Positions 38,970 through 52,831 of a DNA stretch of 64,000 bases are shown piece after piece. Numbering within the stretch: position 1 is the stretch's first letter; each line of letters begins with the position of its first letter. A program made the translations under genes and the position numbers. The stretch is from Vermamoeba vermiformis (taxonomy: Eukaryota), in NCBI GenBank assembly GCA_045837725.1, contig JBEWZL010000123.1:310001-374000 (forward strand), in the 5' to 3' direction. Under the pieces are notes generated by a model. That model saw only the letters and a list, made by a program, of their open reading frames with translations. It was not told the origin of the DNA and did not search any database.

Positions 38970-39897
38970 ATGATGTTCAAGCTTGCCGTTGTCCTCTTTG
39001 CTATCTTGGCCGTTGGTTCTTGCCAATACCTCATGATCGATTCTTACGGATCTGACTCTTATTGCAACACCACCGTCATTGCCAAATTCGCTGTAAGCAA
39101 TATTTCTCGCCATCATGATTCGGAGTTCTGATTTTCTAATGTTAGACTTTGAATACCGCTCCCTGCGCCGCAAAGCGATCTGTTGAGGGCTCCGTGCCGG
39201 CTGGTTCGGTCTGCACTGGTATGACCGGATCCGTTTATTACGTCTCCTATTGCAATGCCTCAGGCTACCCTGAGCTCCCCGTTGGCTGGCAAGGAGTTCA
39301 ACTCACTGCCGACTCAACTTGCAACGCCACCGCTGATACTACTACCACCAGCTTCCTTGGCGGTAAGCAAAATTTAACGTTAACTGATTCACAAAATCTA
39401 GATAATTTATTGACAATTTCGAAACTTTACAGTTCCTACCTCCTTGTCAAACACCGACATCGCCATCTTCTACAGCTCCGCTATCATCGCTGCCAACACT
39501 TCGTTGTCTTGCGGCACTGATGGTGTTCAAGCCGTTTCTGCCTGCGTTGACATGCAAGGTACTCCTGTTTGCATCACCCTCAACATGGCCACCGGTACCT
39601 GCACTGCTGATGCCCTTGGCCAAAACCACGGTTTGCAACAGACTTGCGTTGCTGCTCCTGGTAAGTTTTAGTTTCAGCTCGTTTTAAAAATAGCTATTTT
39701 CTGTGCGCATATTTCCGTTTAACTCACAATCATAATTTTCAGTCGCTGCCCCTGTTGCTGCCCCTGTTGCTTCTGCCCCCGTCGCTGCCCCCGTTGCCGC
39801 CCCTGTCAAGGCCCCCGTCAAGGCTCCCGCCAAGGCTAGCTCCGCCTCTGTTGTTGTCGGCTCTGCTGCCCTCTTGACTCTCGTTGCTTTGTTCTAA
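38970..39897 (+). CDS. Cys-rich putative GPI-anchored surface protein, family copy 1
   Basis: Four exons: signal peptide, YCNTT, PVGWQGVQLTADSTCNATA, AANTSLSC, VAAP-repeat stalk, KASSAS + hydrophobic tail. Confidence 0.85.
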
Positions 39898-40511
39898 GCT
39901 GAATCAATAAATTGTCCTGTTACATTACGTTGCTGTCTACCTAGCGTACGCTCGGGATCCTCCCGACGATAAAAATAGCCTGATATCGATTAAATTCAGA
40001 CTTTTTCATGATCGTTTTATGAACACCACGTAGACTTACAGTATTATTACTTTCAGTAATCGAACGTTTGTTTCAATTTTTCGGTGGAATATTTGACTAT
40101 TGGATGTCGTTGCACGGGATACAGGTTCTGAAACTTGATTCACAACGTAAATCAAATTACTTGTTTTTAATTCGAAATCCATTTAATTTATATGTATCTA
40201 TTGTCAACAGAACTTGGCAATTGAAATGAAAAGCTTTTTCTGTCCTCGGCAAAATTCGTAAAATTGTCAAAAGTCTAAAAAGTAACGCTCTGTCCTAGAT
40301 CCGTATTATGAATCAATAATCAAATATTCTAACCGTAAACTGTAGGCAGAATCAAAATTTTACTGTCCTAAGTAAAGTGTCAAGTTGTCAAAATGACAGA
40401 GAAATCGTTTTGCGACAAATTCCTGCGCAAAATACAATATTCACCGTTTTCCCAAGCTTCGATTTACTAGTTCTTTCATCTATATTCTCCAACAGCAACA
40501 CCACACTTAAA

Positions 40512-41500
40512 ATGATTTTCAAGCTTGCCGTTGCTATTCTTGCTCTTGCTGCCGTAGCTCACGCTGGTTACGTTGTTTTCGACACTTATCCCGACCAATA
40601 CTGCAACACCACCGTGGTCGCTAGATTCATCGTAAGCATCATTTAATTAACTACGAGTCAATCAGGTTTAAAGGAATGGCTTAACGTTAACTTTTCTTTC
40701 TGATCAGACTTTGAGCTCTAACGCGTGCCGTACCAAGCGAGCAGTTGAACAGATTATTCCCATCCCTACTGATACGTTGTGCACTGGCGTCGTAGGACAA
40801 TCCACCTATTACATCGCTACTGACAATTGCACTTCCGTGGATGGCCCTTCGCTCCCCGAAGGCTGGCAAGGCGTTCAAATCACTGCTGACTCTAGCTGCA
40901 ATGCTACTGCTGATACGCAAAACACTAACTATCTTGGAGGTAAGCGTTGATTCCTGCGGGTCGGATCTACTTCGAGAGAAAGTTCCCCGAAATCACATAC
41001 TGACGCACGCTTCCGTAATAACTATAGCTCCCGCGCCCTTGTCCAACACTCCCATTGCCATCTTCTACGGCCAATTGGGCGTTGTTGAAGCCAACACTTC
41101 GTTTTCTTGCGGTGCTGACGGCGTTCAAGCCGTTTCAACTTGCATCAGTTTCGAGGGCAGTACTACCTGCGTGACGCTCAACATGGCCACCGGTAACTGC
41201 ACTGCTGACAACGCTAACGTAAACTACGGCTTGCAAGAGTCTTGCGTCGCTGCTCCTGGTACGTTTCGTAGTTTCGCGATTTCGTGAAAAGTTTCGTCTG
41301 AAACGGAATTCGAATCCATTTTAATACTTCTTTATTAGTGGCTGCTCCCGTTGCTGCCCCCGTCGCTGATGGCCCTGTTGCTGCCGCTCCTACCGCTCCT
41401 ACCGCCTCGTCTCCTGTCAAAGCCCCCGCCAAGACTAGCTCCGCTTCATCGCTCGTTTTTGGCTCCGCTGCTGTCTTGTCCGCTCGTTGCTTTGCTTTAA
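40512..41500 (+). CDS. surface protein family copy 2
   Basis: Same 4-exon layout and motifs (PEGWQGVQITADSSCNATA, NTSFSCGADG, KTSSAS). 1-bp shift near 41480. Confidence 0.85.
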
Positions 41501-42714
41501 AATTATTCTTGAATGAGATCTCTGATAAAGAACCGTCAGTAAATTTCAATTCTTCCTAACATGAAAACTTGCACTCATTAATACACTTTTGTTGGAGATT
41601 ATAGTTTGTGTACAATTCGAACTTGCCCGCCAAAACAGATCTCGTTTAAACTACAGTTCGCCCAGGTAATTACTATACACTCTAAAATATGATATATCTT
41701 TGATATTGCTAACTTGCGTTGACAATATGCTGCCATGATTAGTGGCTTGTTGCGGCTTTTTTGCTAGCAACTTGATCTGAATTTAATTTTTAATTTTTGT
41801 CAATTAATTTAATCTTACCAACCTAAAAACAACGTGCTTATAAGTTTGGTAGCAATGTAAATTAAGTAAAATTTTCTGCGGGCATCTAGCCGTTTTTTAA
41901 AAGCCGCATTCAGATTATCAGTCGGCCTTGTCAGTCACCAATCGACTATAAATATAATTACCTGATATATATTAATAATATATGGGCAGAATATGAGACT
42001 ATGCTTCATTTTCGTGTTTGTGCTATATGAACATTTAAAAAACTCGCAAAGTAACGAAGGGGAATACTCTTCTGACCGTTTGAAGCAAAGTTCTGAACTA
42101 ATGAAGAAACAACTTTTAATGGATTTAGCACCACCATTCAGATTAATTGCGCGGTTTTTAGGAGCGGATCTATTTATCAATTCACAAAAATCTGCCGTAC
42201 GGATGCGCTTGATTCCGTTTTATAAGCGTCGCAAATATTACAAACTTAAGATTCAATCTTCATATAATTAATTCTGATGTTCTACTATCCAACCTATTTT
42301 TGCTGCTGCTTGCTACGAATGCGAACAGCCTAAATGACCACCGTCCGAGAACGCTCGAAAGCTAAACCCACAAACCTGTAGTGGCAGACTCTTGATCGAA
42401 TCATCAGTATGACTAGCTGCTCTGAGTTATTGAACAGCTACACAGAGTTACCAGATCTATTTTTTCTTGACGCGTGTCAAAGCTTGATTTCGACAATAAT
42501 GTCGGTTGATCGTTGTTACAACGGCCGAAATAGTGCATGTAATAGTAGTTGGAGATACGAGATTGTTTTCTGATGAAATGTTGCGCGAGATATTTTGTGA
42601 TTAATTGTTTCGCAAAATAAGTAATTCGTCGTGCTTGACCAACATAAAAACGTTTTTGCCTCGTAGAATTAATTTTATTCTTGCCATCAATTTCGACACC
42701 ACAATCTTGATAAG

Positions 42715-43717
42715 ATGAATTTCAAGCTTGCCGTTGTTTCTCTTTTTGCTCTCGTCGCTGCCTGCCAAGCTGGATACGCTATTATTAACTCGTACTCCGA
42801 CTCGAGCTGCAGTGATGCCAGTCTAATCGCTTCTTTTGCTGTACGTTGCGACCAAGGACTATTATATCCGAATAGTTTCAAGTCTAACCAATCTTTTTCA
42901 GACCAACGATCCCAACGCTTGCATGCAAAAGCGTTCTATTCAACAGCAATTGACTTGCAATAACGAAACTATTCCTGGCGTCAATTTTACCTACGATTTC
43001 GCTTTTTGCTCCAACGATTCAATTGCCCAGCTTCCCCGCTGGCTGGCAAGTTCTCCAACTCGCCACCGAATCTACTTGCAACGCTACCGCGGACAAGTCC
43101 GTCACCAATTTCCTCGCAGGTACGTTCCTCATTAAATAATTTACAATTCACAACAATCTGGCCGCTGGATCTGGTTCACATACTGACATTTTGTTACGTA
43201 TCTACTAGCCCCGCAAGAGTTTACCAACACCTTGATTGCCTTCGCCTCTCAAGCTGCCGGTGGACTTACTGCTGCTAATACTAGCTTGTCTTGCAGCACT
43301 GCTTCTGGCAATCTCACCGTTTCGACTTGCGTCACTATCAAAGGTGTGGGTAACCTGTGCATTGGATTCGATCTGGAAAAGGACGTTTGCACTCTTGACG
43401 CTAGTAGCTCTTACTTCGGCTTGCAATCCACTTGTGTTGTCGCTCCTCCTGGTAAGTTTTGATTCAGTTTGCTCGCAACCGCAGCAAAATTAAAAAAAAT
43501 TAGAAATTCCATTTTGAATTTGAATTCTTCCTACTCTTGAGCTGCTTGAATTCTCTAATTATTATTCGATCCTATAGTTGCCGAACCTGTTGCCACTCCT
43601 GAAGCCGGATCTCCCGTCGCACCCACCACTACTCCAGTCAAGACTCCTGCCAAGGCTAGCTCTGCTTCGATCGTTTACAGCTCAGCTGCTCTTTTGTCCC
43701 TTGTCGCTTTGCTTTAA
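42715..43717 (+). CDS. surface protein family copy 3
   Basis: Same layout: YSDSSCS, GWQVLQLATESTCNATA, NTSLSCS, KASSAS tail. 1-bp shift near 43035. Confidence 0.85.
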
Positions 43718-44006
43718 AGATCTAACGCGATCGGATCCGATTTTTTGGATGGCACGTGTCAAACCAGATCAACAATAAACGAATACTTGTTCCACAATCA
43801 GTTGCTATTGATGAAGCATTTGGTTCAGCTAAATTGCCACAATTTTGTCTTGTGGAAAATATCAAAGACTTGACAATACATTCTACGCAGTATTCTTTCG
43901 CAAAATAATGCAATTCGGCTGTCAACTCATGCGCCAAAATTATAAATAGTTGTCAAGCTTATCTTATTCATTGCTAACCAATACTAAACGATCAGCACCT
44001 CCAGCA

Positions 44007-44937
44007 ATGCATTTTAACGTGGCTACCGTTGTTTTGCTCGTTCTCATTACGATCTCATCTTGCAACGCCAATTTCTTGGTAATAGAGACCTATTCTGACG
44101 CAAGCTGTAGTAATGAAACGTTTGTAGCTCGGTTCGTGGTAAGTTCAACACCTGCAAGAAAAGCAATGATTAATTAACTAATTTTGGCAAATCCGTTCAG
44201 ACAAGCGACAGCGCTTACTATTGCGCGATTAATCGACGAGCAACTGCAGCACCTTGTTCTGTCTACCAAAACGTACCTGGCGTTTACTATTACGTGGACT
44301 ACAGTTATTGTACGAGCTGCTTCTGAGCCAACTCTCTACTGATGCCTGGCAATCCGTTCGAGTAACGAGCGATCCGAGCTGCAATTACACTGAAGTATAT
44401 TCCAGTAAAATCGAGGGTAAGCATATGTTATAATTTCGGGGTACTTGCCTTCCATCTGAATTAATTGTAATTATTATTTTCTCGATCAGCTTATTAATTT
44501 TGTTTGTAGCCCCTAAAAGCTTGCAAAACGAAACTGTTATCATATACCACCCAGTATACAGAACTACTGTAGCATATACTAGCTTATCTTGCAGCGCTCT
44601 CGGGGTTCAATCATTTTCAACTTGCGTGGATGGAGGAGACGAGTTATATTGCTTTGATTTCACTTTAGAGAATGATATTTGCACCATAAATACTGGCAAT
44701 GCTACTTATGCCATTCAAACCACTTGTGTTGCTGCTCCAGGTACGATCGTATTTTTTTAAACATTTTTTTCTGATTGTTATTAAATAGCTGCACCAGTGG
44801 CTGATAACGAACCTATTTATGGACCCGTTGCCGCTCCTGTTGCCATGCCAGCTAAAACACCGACCGATTCAAAGACTAGCAAAGCTTCGCTCGTCCTCGG
44901 ATCCTTATCTTTGTTGTCCCTTTTAACGCTGATTTAA
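44007..44937 (+). CDS. surface protein family copy 4 (frameshift in exon 2)
   Basis: YSDASCSNET, AWQSVRVTSDPSCN, YTSLSCS, QTTCVAAP and KTSKAS tail. Confidence 0.75.
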
Positions 44938-45539
44938 TTCCTATAAAATATTAATAATATTTTTAATCGATTAAAAAGATTATGGTGAGTTGCAACAGTA
45001 ATTCTGGTCGTAGAAAAAATGGCGCCAGATCTAATTATTTTTTTACTGCTCACTCGTTAACGTTTAACATAAAAATTAACTCGCTTGTAAAGATAAATTA
45101 TTATTTTCGCAATTAATTACCAAGGAATATTGCAATTTAATCTTCGAGAGATCTTTAGTAACTCACCACCAGGAGCGGGGTGGGCCAGCACGAGCTCTGC
45201 TTCTCTTTCTCTGCCGCGTATTGACGGTTGCATCCCTACTCATTAGTGCGTTAGATCAAGCGAAGCGAGACTTTCAACAAAGGACGATTCTGTTAACAGG
45301 ATCAAACAACACGTTCCGGTTAACCAACCAAGGCATCCATGGACTTTTAAAACACGGCAGCGAATGAATTTGGATTTGTAGTTATCAATATTGATAACTA
45401 TATTAGTTCAAAGTGTGATAATATCTTGGTTGACCTGACGTGACACGAAGACATGTGTCTCGCAATTAATTTTAATTCGTCCATTTGTTTCTCCACCAGT
45501 TGAACAACAGACCACACCACATCACATCACATCATTAAC

Positions 45540-46511
45540 ATGATCAAGCTCGTCTTCATCTTGCTCACTATTGTTGCGGCTAGTCGAGCAGGCTACGCAG
45601 TCGTCGAAACTTACGCGGATGCAAATTGTAATACCACCCTCCTCGCTCGATTCATCGTAAGTAGTTGTATTTTCAAATATTATAATAATATAATAATAAT
45701 TTAATCATGCTGAAACTTTCCATTTGTGGCTATTATTGATTCATTTTTTTAGACGACGGATCCACAAGCGTGCGCGATGAACAAACGCTTTGTTGCCCAG
45801 ACTGCTGTACCTTCGTGCAACCTCAAACTTAATGTGAATGCTTATTATGATTATTCTTACTGCTCTAGTACCTCCGAGCCCGTTTTCCCGAGCGGATGGC
45901 AAGTTGTTCAACTCACCGCTGATTCCAGTTGCAATGCTACTGCTGGTACTACGAGTTGGCTTGGAGGTAAGCGAAACAAATCAATAATTTCTGAATCAAC
46001 ACACAACGGTTTTTGTGCATCCAACCCCCTGGATCGACATCCACATCCACTGACATTTTGAAACTTTACCAGTCCCTGAACCATTGAACGGCACCGAAAT
46101 TGCTATATTCAATTCGCAAGTGCAGGGTGTAGCCGCAGCAAATACCACCTTAGTTTGCTTGGAATCAGGAGATCAGGAAGTATCCACCTGCATCGATTAT
46201 CAAGGCACGCCTCTCTGCGCCAATCTCTCTCTACAAAACAACGTTTGTCACGTTGACAACACAGGAGCGAACTACGGCTTGCAAACGACGTGTGTGGCCG
46301 TTCCAGTCGGTACGTTAATTCCGCTCTGAATTCTTCGAAAAATTAAATCGATTAATTGGATTGCTTTCCTTCAGCTGTTCCGATTATCGTAATTTCTGAA
46401 GGACCGATCGCTTCGCCCGTCAAGTCTACGAATTCTCCTGCCAAGACCAGTTCCGCAACTTCGTTCTTGTACGGTTCTGCCGCTTTTGTGTCTCTTATTG
46501 CTTTGATTTAA
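45540..46511 (+). CDS. surface protein family copy 5
   Basis: YADANCNTT, FPSGWQVVQLTADSSCNATA, YGLQTTCVA and KTSSAT tail. Confidence 0.85.
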
Positions 46512-46978
46512 AGAGCCGTTTAAATCGGAATATTCTTCAATACAAATATTCAATTAACACAGTGGATTCGTGTAAGTCTCATTCCATTTGATAATGCTTC
46601 TTGACAAAAAAATATTACCCGACAATGGAAGATATATTTTGGTATTCCAGTACTCGTATATTATGCCAGCACTCCTTCGATCGTCAGCGGCTCTGCAGCA
46701 ATTTTGTTGCTTGTTGCTTTGATTAGAACGATCCATTAATTAGTATACCATTTCCTCAAGATCCAGCGGCTAGGCTAGAGACAGTCTAGATTTACTTTTG
46801 CTTACCATAATGGCCCGTTAATCTCACGTGTATCTCCGCCTCCGAGCCGTCATTGTGCCGGAGATATTTCAGCGCAAGAATCTTGCGCAGGACGACATAC
46901 CCCGATTCACAGCGGTAATACAAGTTACACAAACTGAATCATTGTTATTGTTTTCGTGATACTTGCAACTCAAACCAG

Positions 46979-47909
46979 ATGCGACTTGCCTTTTTTCTAA
47001 TACTTGCTGCGGTAGCTATCAGCAACGCTTATATAATTGTTAACACGTACAGCGATGCAAGCTGCTCCGAAGCCTCGTTGATGGCTGTGCAAGTAAGATG
47101 TTTCAGGACAAAAACTGTCGGATCTAACTTTACTTCATCAGATCACGTATGACTCTGACTTCTGTTCTGTGCAGAGTACCTACCCGGGTGGCTGCAACAG
47201 CAACGATTTATTGCCCGGAGTCACTTTTTCAATCGATTACAGCAATTGCGGCAATTCTTCTGCAGTTTATTCCTTTACGGATGGCTGGCAATATGTTGTG
47301 GCTGGTTTCAGCGATAACTACTGCAACTTTTCAAAGTATGGCATTTGGGGCGGTTTTGGAGGTATTTCATAACTATATCTATCTCGTTTGTAACGTACAT
47401 CGCTAACTCAAAAAACAAATCTAGCAGCAAAAAGTTTGGACAATACGCCGGTCGCCGTTATTGGGTTCAACCCAGAACGGAAGTGTTGGACCAACTACGG
47501 AAAATGTAACACTTATTTGTAATTCTACGGGCGTCATCTCTTTCGCCGTCTGCGTTACTTTGAACTCGATCAATCAATGCCAGGCTTACGAAGTGGAAAA
47601 CGGCGTTTGTGCATTTCAATCTCCTACTGGTGTCTTTCAACAAACGTGTTCGATAGTTCCTCCTGGTATTAAATGCGCTCTATAAATTAATTTTTGTTTG
47701 TGTTCTAATGATGAGATCTTTTAGTCGCACCAGTCGCCGAACCAATCGCTGAACCAGTCCAAGAACCTATTTCGAGCAATACTTCTGAACCGATTAATAG
47801 CCCCTATAGTCCAGTTGCAGTACCTACTAAAGTACCTACTGCAAAAACAAGCGCTTCTTCGTTCCTCTTCCGATCTCTTGCATGCTTGTCGCTTGTAATC
47901 TTGATTTAA
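46979..47909 (+). CDS. surface protein family copy 6 (most divergent)
   Basis: YSDASCS, DGWQYV, FQQTCS and KTSASS tail, with the same intron positions. Confidence 0.75.
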
Positions 47910-48555
47910 TATGACCTGCGCGTACGAATCGATAATAGGCATAAATAAAACTTGATATGCAATTCTTTTGCAACCCTATTGATATTTAAAATGAGTGCCA
48001 CAGTCTGATTTTAAACGTTTAACATAAGTTTAATTTCGTAAATTAATGTTATTTTCTTAAAATCGTATGTTATTACCATGCCGATAGTTTAAAATCGAAG
48101 CAAGTTGTTTCCCCTTTGCCTCGAGCGCGGTCGTCTCCGTTTGATCAGCCAACCAGCACTAAGCCAATGCTGAAAAGTCAACCCAATATTGGAGCAATTA
48201 ATTAGCTGGCCTTTCTTCTTCTTAAGGTATCGCTAGAGAATTCAATAGCGAGACAAGTGCCATTAAGATCCCCCATTAGTTTCTAGTCTTTGGCGCAGTT
48301 TCTAATTCATGAGTACAATAGTATTTATATCATCTAATCTTGCACTTACTTGATGCTTGTATACTCACGTAGCCTAGTGGATTGAATTACGATGACACTT
48401 CGTGACAATTTGTGACACGTGTTATTGACATGTATTTGTAACTTACTCCGCACGATTCTTGCGCAAAATGGCTGTAATCGCTCATTAAAAAAATAACTTA
48501 GCCACTAAATGATTGAATAATTATTCTTGATTAAATCGATCAACATACCAGCTCG

Positions 48556-49513
48556 ATGAAAATGACGGAACTAGTTGTATTCGTTCTTGCGCTCATTGTT
48601 GCAATGAGCCAAGCTTACGTCGTAGTGGACACTTATGCTGATGAAAACTGCAATACTACGCTGATTGCGAGATACATCGTAAGTATTCTGCAAGAGAAGA
48701 ACTTGATCTGTCTAGGTGTTAGATTTGCCATTAATTATTTTTTGTTGTTTAGTCCAATATACCTTGCAATCCACCAAAGCTTCGATCAACATTGCAGCAA
48801 CAATCAAGTTGCAACAGCAACAGCACTCTTCCCGGTGTTAATTTTATCTTCGACTACACGTACTGCAACTTCGCTGGCAACGACACGACTGAGCCAAGTT
48901 TTCCTGAAGGATGGCAGTATATTAAATATACAGATGACATTAACTGCAATTTTACTAACTCTTATTTCTATGCTTTTGGAGGTAATTATTAATATTGCGG
49001 ATGCGATCTTTTTTCGTAGCTCGATCGAGACTAACATCATGATTATTACCTTGATTAGCACCTCAAAGCTTGACCGATGTTAATATTGCCGTTTTTACGT
49101 CATTTGGTAACATGGTCCCGGCCAACACGAGCATGTCTTGCGCTGCATCCGGAGTTTTGTCCTATTCTGCGTGCCTTCCTTCCCTCGGTGGCTTATTTTG
49201 CCTTGATTATAATTTAAATAGTAATACTTGTGCAGTAAATAGCGCCAATACTGTTTACGCGCTGCAAACTTCATGCACTGCTCCTCCTGGTACGCGGAAT
49301 TATTTTCGTTACGCGGATGTAGCTCTAACTTTTTTAATTTTAGTTTCTGTGCCAAGCACTGAACCAATAACGAACGAACCTATGTCTGTACCTGTTGTTG
49401 CTTCGCCTGTCAAGACCCCACTTAAAGCTCCAACTGCCAAAGCAAGTAACGCTTCTCTAGTCTCCTTTGGATCGGCTTGCTATTTTGTCATTAATTTTAT
49501 GCTTATAAATTAA
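48556..49513 (+). CDS. surface protein family copy 7
   Basis: YADENCNTT, FPEGWQY, NTSMSC, ALQTSC and KASNAS tail. Confidence 0.8.
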
Positions 49514-49757
49514 AATATTTAAAATTCTAAAGCCATACCTTTCACTCTTATTGGCCAAGTTGATATCGAATAGAAAGATTATTCTCCGACGATCAGGATC
49601 CTGAATGATATTGAGTTAATATTTTAGTTATATTCATCTAAAATCGCCTTACTGGCAATCTCATTATTTCTGACTATTCTCTGCGACGGATCTGCGTTGT
49701 CGCGGGTAGGGTATGAATTTTCAGTTTATTGATATTGTTATACAGTCACGTGCTTCA

Positions 49758-50792
49758 TCAGTTTATTCCATGTGCTTGTTTATACTCGATGGCAAATTGC
49801 TTAATTTCAGTATTACCGTACAACGAGCACATTCCCAAAGGAGTGAGCAGATCTGATGATTCGTTAGAGGGCTATTTGACGTCAATCAAACGTACCTTTA
49901 TCTTGTGCAAGCATGTCAGACTTGTACTCGAGCAGTAGTTGTATTAATTTTTTGCTGCCACGCTGAACTGCGACATGTAAAGGCTACATCCGTTAGAAAA
50001 ATTAGCGGAAAATTTTTAAGACTTACTGTTTGTTGCCACACGTTTTCTAGTGCTTGAACGTTTGCACCCATCTCGAGTAATAATTTAGCACAATCGAATG
50101 CGTTGTAATAACAAGCTGAACGAATAAAAGTTAAGGTCTACATCCGCATCCAAAAATTAAGAAAATTTTCTTACCACTATGCAATAGCGTTCTGCCCATG
50201 CTAATGACGTAATTTGGATTATTTCCGTACGCGATGAACTCCTTTAAGCAGTTTACAGCGTCATTAGCAAATATGGCTTGAATTTCCGTCGCTGAAGTCA
50301 AGATCTTTTGTTGCCTGATCAATTTTCGCGCCAAAATTTCGAGATCGTACGTGAGGACGAATGAATACAGCGTGTTTTTAGATTTAAGCTCTTGCATGTA
50401 ATTAGATGCAGCGACATTTGTCTTAAAAGCGCCAATTTCTTCGGCGTAGGTTTGAATTATGACGTGGATTGTAGGGAGTACGGGTTCTGGTGGTAGATGC
50501 GCTGAAAAATTATTTTTATACCACGCGATTATCATATTATCTTCGTTGCAAACATTGTTGATCCATTTCGATATTTGTTTGACTCGCTGAATTTGTCCTA
50601 AAAAAATATCAAAATTACTAAATATTAGTAATATGCCCGACAAAAATGTATTATCGAGTGAATATATGAAACTGCAATATTATAGGGCTTAATAAAATAT
50701 TTACGTGGGTCTTCGATTAAATCGAGGAACTTCAAAATATTCTCGTGCATCTCGCTTGGCAGATCGTTCCAAGTAGTTTCCTTTCTCTCCAT
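49758..50792 (-). CDS. F-box-like + ankyrin-repeat protein
   Basis: Exon 1 WNDLPSEMHENILKFL. Later exons give GRTLLHSA, GANVQAL, PLHVAV and LTPL. Ends TGA TGA. Confidence 0.7.
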
Positions 50793-50952
50793 CTCGAGAT
50801 TATATTTTTCAGTCGTATGTGGTTGTGGTAAGCTGTTTTACAATTTGATGAATGAACACAATTTTGTGACGGTCAAAATAGTAAAAACGAAACATGGGAA
50901 CTGTACAAAGGAATTTTTAAAAATTACGTACTGCGAAGTTTTACTATGAAAA

Positions 50953-52613
50953 TTAGAATAAGGCCATGATTGTACACAAAGCTAAAGCAGCAGCTTTTTC
51001 AGCGACGACAGAATCGCTCGTTTTGGATGTCGGAGCCTTTGCTTGTGGCTGATTTTGCGCCTGAGGCTGGCCCTGTGCTTGAGGCTGGCTCGCCACTGGA
51101 GGCTCAATTGCAGTACATCCATCATTACCAAACCCATCCCCGGTGTATCCTTCCTGGCACGTGCACGTGACGGTCAAACCATTGGGTGCACAATCAGCGT
51201 TTGTGTTGCATGGATTCCACTCGGTAGCACATAAATTGACTGGTAGTACGAATACGGACGTGACAGGTATCGATCCACTGCTATCTTGAGTACCACCGTG
51301 AACCCACATATGACCAGGAATTGCTCCAGAAATTGCGAATTCCAATCTTGATCCGACCTCGTTGCTCGCACTTGAAATTTGCAGAGATCCGTACACAGGT
51401 GCGCTTTCAACGAGCTCTTGATTGCCACTGATGATTGCCCACTGTCCCAATGTGATATTGTAGCTCCAGACTTGACTCAAGGCCAAATTCAGAGACTTGT
51501 TGATCGCGCGTTCGCCACCATAGTAGGTAATAACGTCGTTGCCAGAATAGACCAAGGATCCTGCATAGGTCGGGGCTGGCCAGTTGTTGGCTGAATATTG
51601 TCCTGCCGTGCCAAAAACAGGTTCCGCAGATCCGACAGAACCGCCCATAAATGCCCACTCGAGCGTGGAAGGAGTAAAGCGCCAAAGCTCGCTGGTACTA
51701 ATGTAACTTCCTCCTATTCCGGCTAACCCTGAGTACACCCTGAAATTTCCATTGGATTTATGTTAGTCAACGTTTGGTCAACGGTCGGGTCAGTTAAATC
51801 GTTGCTTACCAAACATTGCCTTCTTTGTCCACAACGGCTTGACAATCCCATACATTGGGCGGATAATAGGCCTTAGAAGCTTGACCAATATCTCCTCTAT
51901 TACCTGGATCATCAGCGGCGCTTGAGCCGCTGATCCAAGTCCAAATGTTCGCCGAAATGTTGTAGCACCAAACATCGTTCAAATTGATTTTATCAGTGCC
52001 TCCAGCGAACATCCATAATGTCTTACTAGCCTTGTCGACCCACGTAGCTGATCCGGTTCGCTTGGACGGAAACGTCGAAGAATTTCCTACGCCCAAATCG
52101 CCCCAGTTGCCGGCGGGATCGTAGTCGGAGATCAGGGTCCATTCCAAGGACGAAATGTTAAAAGAATAAAAATCTGAGTAAACTGGGTTGTAGTTTGCCT
52201 CGCCTCCAAACAAATAAATGATATCGTCGAGAATCCACAAATTGTATCCACCGCGAGGCGGTTGGGATGGAGCCAGTTGTCGTTACATTTACCCAAGTAA
52301 AATTATTTTTTACATCAAGCTTCCAAACGCCAGCATCCAACGGACGGTAATCTGATTTTAAAACAATTAGATAAAAATATGAAGTCTTGGTAACGGTTTT
52401 TTTATCAAAACGAATGAATTAACTTCGTTTCTTACTTCTATCCTCGCCTCCAAAAAACCAAATATCGCCCTTCGAGTCTTGAACAAGCGTATGGTACAAT
52501 CGCTGGCCGATCGGAGACTCAGGACCGTTGATCCAGATTGGGTCGAGGTAGAAATTCGAACTTGCCGCAAAGGCAAACGGAAACAATAACGCAAGAAACA
52601 ATATGTTGGTCAT
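50953..52613 (-). CDS. secreted kelch-repeat + EGF protein with QP stalk and putative GPI signal
   Basis: Signal peptide MTNILFLALLFPFAFA, kelch motifs (IWFFGG, IYLFGG, LWMFAG, MWVHGG), EGF CNTNADC..CTCQEGYTGDG and KTSDS + hydrophobic end. 1-bp shift near 52230. Confidence 0.85.
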
Positions 52614-52831
52614 GTTGCAATCTTTTGCAAAAACTGAAAGTGGAAAATTTAAATTTTGGTTTAGAGCTTTTGCCGAAAACCGGATCTGGCACCGTATTAG
52701 CACATACGCCGTTTCCAACCGATGCTAGAGTGGTTGTTTTTAAGGTACATACGATTGGCCGACAATCATGAAGATGGCAAGCTTGAATTCCGGATGCAAA
52801 ACAGCCGTAAGTTATGCTTCAGCAAACCTGA

